Source: Bacillus subtilis subsp. subtilis str. 168 (GTDB lineage Bacteria; Bacillota; Bacilli; Bacillales; Bacillaceae). From it: DNA of 32,000 bases. The notes beneath the pieces were generated by a model, which searched no databases, was not told where the DNA came from, and saw only the letters and a program-made list of their open reading frames with translations. The stretch covers positions 4,170,001 to 4,202,000 of the forward strand of contig NC_000964.3 in the NCBI RefSeq assembly GCF_000009045.1, read 5' to 3'. A program made the translations under genes and the position numbers. This document shows, one piece after another, positions 1 to 8,290 of this stretch. Each line of letters opens with the position of its first letter. Position 1 is the first letter of the stretch.

Positions 1-44
1 TGGTATTTAAAATTTGAATGGTTTTTCTATCAGGAGATCATGCT

Positions 45-1352
45 ATGACAGAGGAGGTTTTCATCATGAGTCAAGAGCGCGTGAAACGGCCTGGGCATAC
101 CAGATGGTACATATCTTCGTTACTTAGCGGCATTATTATTCTTAATTATTTTGACCGAGTGGCCATCTCGGTAGCGGCCCCTGCGATACAAGATTCGTTT
201 CACCTTACTGCAACTGAACTCGGCATCGTGTTTTCCATTTACACCTATTCCTATACACTGATGCAGCTGCCTGTCGGAAGTTTGCTGGACCGTTTTGGGG
301 TCGCATGGGTCACGAGGGTTGGAATGACAATATGGAGCTTTTTAACGATCCTTCTTGCTTTTTTGCAAGGAAAATTGCTGTTGTATCTGTTCCGGTTTCT
401 CATTGGGCTGACGAGCGCCTCTGCGTTCCCTGCTGCCTCTAAAGCAACCGCTCTCTGGTTTCCTCCAAGTGAGCGGGGATTGGCAAACTCACTGTTCGAT
501 TCGGCCGCCAAGTTTTCAAATGTAATCGGCGCGCCATTGGTCGCCTTTCTTGTCACAACATTTGACTGGCGTGTCGCTTTTTTGACGATTGGATGCATCA
601 ATGTGCTGTTTACGATCTTTTTCTGGCAGTATTATGAACAGCCTGAACGGCACAAACGCATTTCTAAAAGTGAACTAAACTATATTCAAAAACACAATGC
701 CATTACAACAGAGCAAATCCCTTACAAAACGGGCCCGCTTTTAAAAAAGCTTTTCACCAATCGAAAAGTATGGGGCTTAATGATCGGATTTACAGGGTAC
801 GGGTATACATTCAACCTGCTGCTCACCTGGCTTCCGACTTTCTTTAAACATACATACGGTATGGATCTCATGTCGTCCGGTTTATTTACGGCAGTGCCGT
901 GGCTGATCTCAACCATTTCCGGAATTGCCGTCGGCGGCTGGCTCGTCGATTATTTTATTAAGAAAGGCTATCCTAATACCAAGGTGTACCGAACCGTAAT
1001 CATAGTCGGAATGAGCTTTGGCTTTTTCTTTTTAGGATCCATTCTGACGAACAATATTACCGTAGCCATTATTTGCATTTCCATCGGACTCGCCGGAATT
1101 TCCGCAACCGCTCCGGTCGGCTGGTCCATCTCCGCAGAACTCGCGCCGATCGGTTCCGTATCCATGCTGAGCTCCATGGTGAATCTCGCAAACAACCTGT
1201 TCGGAGGCATTATTGCTGCGTCACTGACAGGGTATTTGTTTGATGTGACAGGCTCCTTTACCCTCAGCTTTCTGGTAGCTGGTTTTGTGCTGTTGCTGGG
1301 ATTGGTTTTTTATGTGTTTGTATTAGGGGATGTAAAACGAATTAAACTATAG
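45..1352 (+). CDS. yybO: MFS transporter, YybO-like (ACS/ExuT-type)
   Basis: Long ORF with 12-TM MFS pattern (MQLPVGSLLDRFG, NLANNLFGGIIAASLTGYLFD). ATG at 45 preceded by CAGGAG; the ORF track begins upstream at 18. Confidence 0.85.
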   Translation: MTEEVFIMSQERVKRPGHTRWYISSLLSGIIILNYFDRVAISVAAPAIQDSFHLTATELGIVFSIYTYSYTLMQLPVGSLLDRFGVAWVTRVGMTIWSFLTILLAFLQGKLLLYLFRFLIGLTSASAFPAASKATALWFPPSERGLANSLFDSAAKFSNVIGAPLVAFLVTTFDWRVAFLTIGCINVLFTIFFWQYYEQPERHKRISKSELNYIQKHNAITTEQIPYKTGPLLKKLFTNRKVWGLMIGFTGYGYTFNLLLTWLPTFFKHTYGMDLMSSGLFTAVPWLISTISGIAVGGWLVDYFIKKGYPNTKVYRTVIIVGMSFGFFFLGSILTNNITVAIICISIGLAGISATAPVGWSISAELAPIGSVSMLSSMVNLANNLFGGIIAASLTGYLFDVTGSFTLSFLVAGFVLLLGLVFYVFVLGDVKRIKL

Positions 1353-1395
1353 AACATGAAAAAGAGAGCTGCCAGTTGGCAGCTCTCCCTTTACA

Positions 1396-1635
1396 TCAAA
1401 GAATCGGCCCGTCCCCATTTACCTTCTCCTCGTCCTGTTCCTCTATATCAAGCCCCGAAGCTAGCATTTCCTGCTCTATCTGTTCGAGCACCTGCTCGTT
1501 TTTTCCTTGAAGACCACCTTCATAATGAAAAGCATCCTGTGTGCCGTTTTCCTCTATTGTCGCTAAAATATCGTGGATATCATTATGGTCTCCTGAAATG
1601 GAGCCGAATCCCTGGTTTTGTTTTTTATAATTCAC
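1396..1635 (-). CDS. Hypothetical protein fragment, acidic, GTG start, no clear RBS
   Basis: 79-aa ORF (..[31 protein letters not shown]..). The frame stays open upstream, so it may be the 3' end of a truncated gene. Confidence 0.3.
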   Translation of the reverse strand: MNYKKQNQGFGSISGDHNDIHDILATIEENGTQDAFHYEGGLQGKNEQVLEQIEQEMLASGLDIEEQDEEKVNGDGPIL

Positions 1636-1688
1636 AAAACCGCTGGGGAGGTTGTTTCCGAGGTTTACACATGATGCGCTCCGAGTAG

Positions 1689-1806
1689 TAATTCATCAGT
1701 GTATCAAAATCTTCATTTTGGATTGCCACATCACATGCAGAGATGATGTCTTTCAATTGCTGTTCCAAATGAATTCCCCTAATCATCATGATTGGATATA
1801 TTATAC
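1689..1806 (-). repeat. Duplicate of the yybH 5' end
   Basis: 118 nt aligning without gaps to 8066-8183, with about 3 mismatches. Confidence 0.9.
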
Positions 1807-1852
1807 AATGTTTGACACGTAGGGATCCTTTTCATTTTTGTTTTTACGGTTT

Positions 1853-2100
1853 CGCTGGTCCATTTCCGCAGAGCTGGCGCCGATCGGTTCCGTATCCATG
1901 CTGAGCTCCATGGTAAATCTGGCAAACAACCTGTTCGAAGGCATTATTGCGGCTTCATTGACGGGGTATTTTGTTTGATGTGACAAGGCTCCTTTACGCT
2001 CAGCTTTCTGGTAGCCAGTTTTGTTCTGCTGCTTGGATTGGTTTTTTACGTGTTTGTCTTAGGGGATGTAAAACGAATTAAGCGGGAATAAAGAGTGCTT
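1853..2100 (+). repeat. Second, degenerate copy (B) of the yybO 3' end
   Basis: GCTGGTCCATTTCCGCAGAGCTGGCGCCGATCGGTTCCGTATCCATGCTGAGCTCCATGGT... matches yybO from about 1120 to its stop, with frameshifts. Confidence 0.9.
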
Positions 2101-2134
2101 GTAGAGAAAACGTTGTTCTTTCTACAAGCTTTTT
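2097..2134 (+). terminator. Hairpin terminator after yybO-tail copy B
   Basis: GCTTGTAG...CTACAAGC followed by TTTTT. Confidence 0.6.
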
Positions 2135-2258
2135 AGTTTTGTGCTGTTTTTCAAGATATTCAGCTGTCATAAAAAGAAAATGAGCTCCCACATACCGGCT
2201 AGGTATGTGGCGTTCTTCTTCATGTTCTGGCATGCAGCTGTGAGGAGGATTTGTTTGC

Positions 2259-2790
2259 TCACCCCCTGAACCTGCGATAGCTAAGCCCGTGCAGTTGTTT
2301 TGAACCTACAAAGCTTCGTTCTATTTTTTCTTTTCTTTTTTTAGAGATTTCCTGAAATAGAAAAGCAATCTTTTCTAACCTTTTCTTTATGGTTTTGCCA
2401 TACATACCGAGTAACGACTTTCTGGCGTTTCGTTGATTTTGTGTAATATTCTCAAACATATTTCAGGATTTGATTTATATGACCGATAGTCTTTGCGATC
2501 AATTGTTGAGTACGTAAGTGTATGCTGATTCAACAAATGTATCTGTATTGTTCACTTTATAATGAAATTTCCATTTTGGAAGCAAACCCCTGACTGGGTG
2601 ATAACGTCTATGTGCGATGGCACCAAAAACTTGGAGGTCAAATAGTCCTTTAGAGATGAGAGTTGTTAAGTAGCCGGAATCTAGAGCGACGGCTTCTACT
2701 TGAAAATCAAATCATGCAATTTAGTGATCCAATCGGTCAAGGTAGGGCTTGGAACAGAATCATGGACTTTTCTGGAGTTGCAAACTATTA
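2259..2790 (-). pseudogene. Degenerate IS1182-family (DDE) transposase remnant
   Basis: Minus-strand translation with stops and frameshifts: HDSVPSPTLTDWI.., VEAVALDSGYLTT.., ..PKWKFHYK.., NQRNARKSLLGMYGK..., RKEKIERSFVGSKQLHGLSYRRFRG. This resembles the conserved C-terminal RKETIERxFADAKExHGxRYxRxRG of IS1182-type transposases. Confidence 0.7.
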
Positions 2791-2889
2791 ATCGTCCTCA
2801 TTAAATTTATAATAAAAATATTCTCAATTGAGCAAATCGCCCACCCTTTTTCCTTTATAACATAAAATCCAATACTATCAATAAAATTC

Positions 2890-2918
2890 TTTACAGGTTA
2901 TTACAGTTAAGATATAAT
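2890..2918 (+). promoter_or_regulatory. SigA-type promoter upstream of the yybN-like gene
   Basis: TTTACA - 17 nt - TATAAT. Confidence 0.65.
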
Positions 2919-3113
2919 ATAGTTAATCTTTTACGTAAAAGGAGGTTTTTATTACTTGTGTTGAAGTTTTAAATAGGAGTAACTCCATCTCCCCATTACG
3001 GTCTTCATTTAATTTCATCCTGAGTTTTATTTAGTTAGATATAAAAACGAAAATTTCACATTATTTTTAACTAACCGATAGTATAAAATATATATTGAAA
3101 GGATTGTAAAATT

Positions 3114-3551
3114 ATGAATAAATTCCTGAAGAGCAATTTCCGTTTCCTTCTTGCGGCTGCTTTAGGCATATCATTACTTGCTAGTAGTAATTTTATAAAA
3201 GCCAGCAATGATAACTATAAATTCCATTTACTTGTACCTTATGGCTATGGTAATGCCTATTCAAATGATGCATTTAGACAGACCACTCATACAGATAATC
3301 CTTGGAAAGTAAATTTACAGAAATCGGCAGAAGGTAAAGGTACAATCATGACATTTTGGTTGATTAACACAGGGAATAGTAAAATTCCAAAAGCTTCTAA
3401 AATACATAACGTAAAACAAGGAAGCGGAGCTCATTATTATCATGCAAATAGCCAGGGAAGCCATACATATGTAGCCTTAGCAGTTGAAAACAACAATTAC
3501 AGTGCAAGTTCTTATGGTATAGATGGTGTATGGGATGAAGAAACTTGGTAA
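3114..3551 (+). CDS. yybN: Secreted small protein, YybN-like (DUF2712-type)
   Basis: 145 aa, N-terminal signal peptide ([27 protein letters not shown]), no Cys, RBS AAAGGA upstream. Confidence 0.85.
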
Positions 3552-3603
3552 ACAAGAACCTTCTAAAAACGTTGGCACCTTTTAGCCACGCGAAAAAATT
3601 TAG

Positions 3604-3640
3604 AATGATAATCTTTTTATAAGATTATCATTTTTATTTA
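3604..3640 (+). terminator. Intercistronic terminator between yybN and yybM
   Basis: Perfect 12-bp inverted repeat AATGATAATCTT-TTTAT-AAGATTATCATT followed by a T-rich tract. Confidence 0.75.
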
Positions 3641-3664
3641 TTCTATTAAGAATTGAGTGAGAAC

Positions 3665-4420
3665 ATGGAAAGTCATATTTATCGCATTATCAAAAATAAA
3701 TTAACTATAATAATATTTACTATAATCATATTAATTCCTTGTGTTGATATATCACTATTGTTAATGACTAACACAGAATACCATCCTGCATATGCGTTTT
3801 TCCTTTCTGGCACTTCCGTAGGGCATGCTTCACAAATGATCCTATTATGGTTTCTTCCGCTTTATTTTTTGTTACTATGTGCTGACGATTCTATACAAGA
3901 TTATAAAACAGGATATCATTACATTCTTATAAGCAAAGTTGGCAGAAAAAAATATTGTTTGGAAAAAATATTTACCTCTTTTATCATTTCATTTTTGACA
4001 ATGTTTTTGTCACTAATATTAAACTTTTTATTGGTTCAGGTTTTCTTTTTTAAAGGTACATTTAAAAATGACTTAGACCAAATTAAATTCCCTGATAACA
4101 GCCTTTATACTTTTAGTATGGCCCATCCTTATATAGCAATTGTGTTATTTTCTATTATTTGTTGTATTATGTCTGGATTTGTTGGAGCACTTGGTTCAAG
4201 CCTCAGTTTACTTTTTCGTGATAAGAAGTATGCCTACCCAGCAAGTTTTTTTATTTGGTTCGTACTTATACTAAAAAACAAATCATTAATGTTTTTATTC
4301 CAACCGTTTACAGAATACGGTTATAATGTACTTCTCCCTATCCTATGTTTGTCTATCTTTATTTTTCTAATAATAATTTCTAGTATTGTTTTATATGAGG
4401 CAAAATACAATGAAAATTAA
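3665..4420 (+). CDS. yybM: Six-TM ABC permease-like membrane protein, YybM-like
   Basis: Hydrophobic 251-aa protein with multiple predicted TM segments; overlaps the next gene. Confidence 0.8.
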
Positions 4421-5120
4421 AAGACTACTATTAATTTTATGTTTACTACTATTTTTAGTTACTTTATGGTTCAACCAGAACCACACTTATCTTGGAAAGA
4501 ATTCTATCGCGTCATTACTATATATGAATAATAGTACATTCGGATATAGTTCAATATTTGCATATACCTTGTTTTATATTGTCCCGTTTCTTATGTTACT
4601 TAGTAACTTTTTTCATTCAGAAAACCCCTACAAAGTAATGAGGATGGTTAAGCGTAAAAATTACTACAAGTCTAAAATTATGGAGATTGGGTTTGTTTCT
4701 TTACTTTTTTCTTCAATACATACTGTTATTAATATTACGTGTACACATATTTTCTTTAGTAAAAACTTGTTGGTCGAAGCAAACTTTTTATCAATTTGTT
4801 TATTAAACATGATTAGTTTAGTGTTTTTCTACTTATCAGTAGGTATTATGTTTAGACTTACATACGATCTGTTTAATTCAGTAGCATTAGCAATTTTTAT
4901 TGTGTATATAATTTTAGATAGCTTGTATTTCGGCGTTAAATTATTACTTCCTAATGGATATTGGGAACCCTTTAGAGACTTGGCTATATTCACAAATATG
5001 CTCAATAGATATTGGTCAACTTCAAATCTTATAATAGTTTATATTAGACAGATAATAATAGTTTTTATTTTTTATTTAGTTGGATCTTCAATTTTTTTGA
5101 ATAAGGATTATAAAAAATGA
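4410..5120 (+). CDS. yybL: ABC permease-like membrane protein, YybL-like
   Basis: 236 aa from ATG at 4410 (GAGG upstream); multiple hydrophobic helices; overlaps both neighbours. Confidence 0.8.
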
Positions 5121-5872
5121 GGATTAAAGGCTTTTTCATAACTTTAGTTGCGATAATATTTCAGGCGTCATTATCGAGTTATAATAATAATAAAAATGTC
5201 TTTCCTTTTTTAGATGGCATACCAATAAGCACCTCGGGTCATTATGAGTATCAAAATATTTTATTGTGGTTTGTACCTATTGTTTCCCTAAGTTTTTGTT
5301 TCTCTGGGAGTATTAGAGATACATACATTTCGTATGAGCAATTAAAGTTAGTAAGAGAACATAGTAGAGTTAAATGGGTAACATCTCAATTCTTAATAAT
5401 TACAGTTGTACTTTTAATCTTTACTTTATCTCAGATTGCTATATTTTATATTTATTCACTTGTATCTCTTCATAACCTTGATATTAATTCCGTTATCAAT
5501 AAAAGATTTGTTATGATGACACTCATGTATTATCTAACCTTACTTAACTTATTTAGTTTTCAATTATTTATGGAGCTTTATTATAAATCTCAAATAGCAC
5601 AATTAAATATAAGCGTTTATATTATTTTTTCGTTAATTTTAGCAAAGAAGTTAGTGCAATTAAATTCTCCGAAAGTTATTCACTACTTTTTAATTCCAAA
5701 CTACAGTAATGGATTAAGAACTGGGTTAAGCTATTATTCCCAATCTGGAACTGCTATTATTGAACCATTATTAGGTTTGTTTATTATAATCATTTTACAG
5801 ATTTCAATAGTTATATTATCTGTCTTAAAGTTCAAAAAAATAGATATGCTAAAAAGTGAGGGCTTACAATGA
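5117..5872 (+). CDS. yybK: ABC permease-like membrane protein, YybK-like
   Basis: 251 aa, multiple hydrophobic helices; ATGA overlap with the upstream gene. Confidence 0.8.
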
Positions 5873-6525
5873 TTGAGGTATTAAACCTAACAAAAAAAAT
5901 TAAAAAGACTACAGTTTTAGATAATATCTCTTATACATTTGAAAAAGGAACAATTTATGGACTATTTGGGAGTAATGGTTCTGGAAAGACCATGCTACTT
6001 CGTGCATTATCCGGGTTAATAGTCCCTACTGAAGGGAGTATAACTATTAAAGGTGAACAATTACATAAAGATATCTCTTTTCCTAAAAGTGTAGGATTAA
6101 TTATAGAAAATATGCAGTTACTTCCTCAGTATGATGCTTTTACTAACCTTAAAATTTTGTCAAAAATTAAAAAGATCGCATCAGATAATGATATATTAGA
6201 TTCTATTAGTAGAGTTGGTTTGGAAAATTTTAATAGTGTAAAGGTTAGTAAATTCTCGTTAGGAATGAAACAACGATTAAATATTGCACAGGCTATTTTT
6301 GAAAAACCTGATATATTGCTACTTGATGAACCAACAAATGCGATTGATGAAAAAGGAGTTGCATTTGTTCATGACATTCTTTTACAAGAGAAAAAAAGGG
6401 GAGCTACCATTATTATTACTAGTCATCACAAGGAAGATATTATATCTTTATGTGACATTGCATTAGAAATGAATCATGGACGTCTAGAAACTTCAGAAAA
6501 AGTAATATATAAGAAAGATAGTTAG
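5869..6525 (+). CDS. yybJ: ABC transporter ATP-binding protein, YybJ-like
   Basis: Walker A GSNGSGKT, signature SLGMKQR, Walker B ILLLDEPT, H-loop TSHH; 218 aa. Confidence 0.9.
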   Translation: MIEVLNLTKKIKKTTVLDNISYTFEKGTIYGLFGSNGSGKTMLLRALSGLIVPTEGSITIKGEQLHKDISFPKSVGLIIENMQLLPQYDAFTNLKILSKIKKIASDNDILDSISRVGLENFNSVKVSKFSLGMKQRLNIAQAIFEKPDILLLDEPTNAIDEKGVAFVHDILLQEKKRGATIIITSHHKEDIISLCDIALEMNHGRLETSEKVIYKKDS

Positions 6526-6684
6526 TTTAAACTGGCTATTTCTTATCCAATGATAGACTGCAGACAAGTTCAACTGCTGTAATGCTAGAAAATCCAATGA
6601 AATGCTGATAATTGCGAAGAGATATGATCAGTCAGAAAACAAATCTTAAAAAGAAAAAGTAAATTCATCAATATTTCTAATAAA

Positions 6685-6852
6685 CCTGGCAAACAACCTG
6701 TTCGGAGGCATTATAGCTACTTCACTGACGGGATATTTATTTGATGTGACAGGCTCCTTACGCTCAGCTTTCTGGTGCCGGTTTTGTGTTGTTGCTGGGA
6801 TTGGTTTTTTATGTGTTTGTATTAGGGGATGTAAAACGAATTAAACTGGAAT
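6685..6852 (+). repeat. Third, 5'-truncated copy (C) of the yybO 3' end
   Basis: CTGGCAAACAACCTGTTCGGAGGCATTAT...GGGGATGTAAAACGAATTAAACT is near-identical to the yybO terminal region. Confidence 0.9.
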
Positions 6853-6882
6853 AAAGAGTGCTTGCTGAAAAGCACTCTTTTT
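6853..6882 (+). terminator. Terminator downstream of yybO-tail copy C
   Basis: AAAGAGTGCTT-GCTGAA-AAGCACTCTTTTT. Confidence 0.8.
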
Positions 6883-6899
6883 CTGCATCGAAAGAATAC

Positions 6900-7697
6900 T
6901 TAAGATAAGTCACTCCCAAAAATCGTAACAGTCTGACGGTTAAACATAAACCTCTGCCCGTTCCATTTTAATACGGTTTGAACATATCCCAATGAGTCGG
7001 CGTTATACCTTCCCGCTATCCGCTGGTACGCCAATAATTCGTATACGCCGTCTCTGTCAAAATCAACCGGATACAAGCCCGATAAAGGATTCACCCATCC
7101 TTCTATCGGCATTTTTAACACACCTTGGCTGTTATAAATCTCATTCAAATATTCCCTGCCCTTGTAAGTAAGGTCGAGGATATACGTTTCGTTTTGCTGA
7201 TGACTGATAACGCTCGCTTTATATTGATTTTGATACCTCACACTGTACTTTAATTCATCATTCAATACATCTGAATTGAAAATTCGCCGGAACTGCCTGT
7301 TTAGATAGGCAAACACATATGCATAAATAGCACCGCCGCTTCCCCCTGTGTCCATTACTACTGCCACATCCTCAATCTTGTCGCCTGTCATATCCCCCAG
7401 AAAAAGTGACGGATTGTATCCCATATTGTTTTGAAGCTGAATCCGCTGCTCCTGATGGGTTCTGCCATCACGGATCACCAATGTGATATTTCTCCATAAC
7501 GGGCTGCCGGGCATTTGATTTCCAGTTAGAAAGACCTCGTCAATAACGCCGTCTCCCGTTACATCGCCGCGGGTAGATACAATGATTGCACGTGAGGAGA
7601 CAGGCTGCCGAAATACGTATGGATGTTGAACAAGTCCTCTGCCTTCATAAAACCAATAAGGAGCCATTCTGATGTCATACACATTCAATTGTGTCAC
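6900..7697 (-). CDS. yybI: YybI-like spore coat-associated protein
   Basis: 265 aa with FG-GAP-like motifs (GDVTGDGVIDEVFLTG, DFDRDGVYELLAYQ). Gene position fits yybI. Confidence 0.8.
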   Translation of the reverse strand: MTQLNVYDIRMAPYWFYEGRGLVQHPYVFRQPVSSRAIIVSTRGDVTGDGVIDEVFLTGNQMPGSPLWRNITLVIRDGRTHQEQRIQLQNNMGYNPSLFLGDMTGDKIEDVAVVMDTGGSGGAIYAYVFAYLNRQFRRIFNSDVLNDELKYSVRYQNQYKASVISHQQNETYILDLTYKGREYLNEIYNSQGVLKMPIEGWVNPLSGLYPVDFDRDGVYELLAYQRIAGRYNADSLGYVQTVLKWNGQRFMFNRQTVTIFGSDLS

Positions 7698-7755
7698 CTT
7701 CCCTAATCAGCTGAATGAATCATTATATGCAGGAATGGCACATCAAAGACATATC

Positions 7756-8145
7756 TTACACACCAATTAAATCCGTACCATATGAATTATCAATTACACA
7801 AAGCCACTCGCCTTGCGCATTCTTTTTAAATACATAGGTCGCCCTTCTTTCCATCGCATACTCGGAGTCCTTTTTATCCGAATCAAGCAGTGTCTGAGAA
7901 AGAACGAGTACCGTGTCACCTGCTTCCAACAGGATCATTTTCCCTTGTGTCGGGACAATATGATGATTGAAATAGTTCGCAATCGTGATAAACGCTTTTT
8001 TGATTTCTTCCTTGCCTCGCGCGATCATGCCCGGCTTCACAACTAAAACGGCATCTTCCGAATAATAATTCATCAGTGTATCAAAATCTTCATTTTGGAT
8101 TGCCAAATCACACGCAGAGATGATGTCTTTCAATTGCTGTTCCAA
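7756..8145 (-). CDS. yybH: SnoaL-like/DUF4440 protein YybH
   Basis: [39 protein letters not shown]; likely TTG start at 8145 with GGGG upstream (ATG alternative at 8166). Confidence 0.8.
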
Positions 8146-8290
8146 ATGAATTCCCCCAATCATCATGATTGGATATATTATACATCGCTAGACCACTGAA
8201 ACCTTGAAAACAAAATGAAAAGTATCCTTTTTTCCTATATAATCAAATAGATATATTTAACAAAGTACCCAAGTGAAGGGGTGAACATTA

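Noticed and set aside
251-1210. Antisense ORFs of 116, 64 and 80 aa inside yybO
   Set aside because: They mirror the coding frame of a convincing MFS gene; no RBS or recognisable domain.
1356-1688. 110-aa plus-strand ORF
   Set aside because: Composition and lack of RBS look non-coding; it opposes the 1396-1635 frame and runs into the yybH duplicate.
1801-1986. 61-aa minus ORF with MFS-antisense sequence
   Set aside because: It is the antisense of the yybO-tail duplicate (same string as the 968-1210 antisense ORF), so it is evidence of duplication and not a gene.
6284-6466. 60-aa plus ORF within yybJ
   Set aside because: Out-of-frame overlap with the conserved ABC ATPase.
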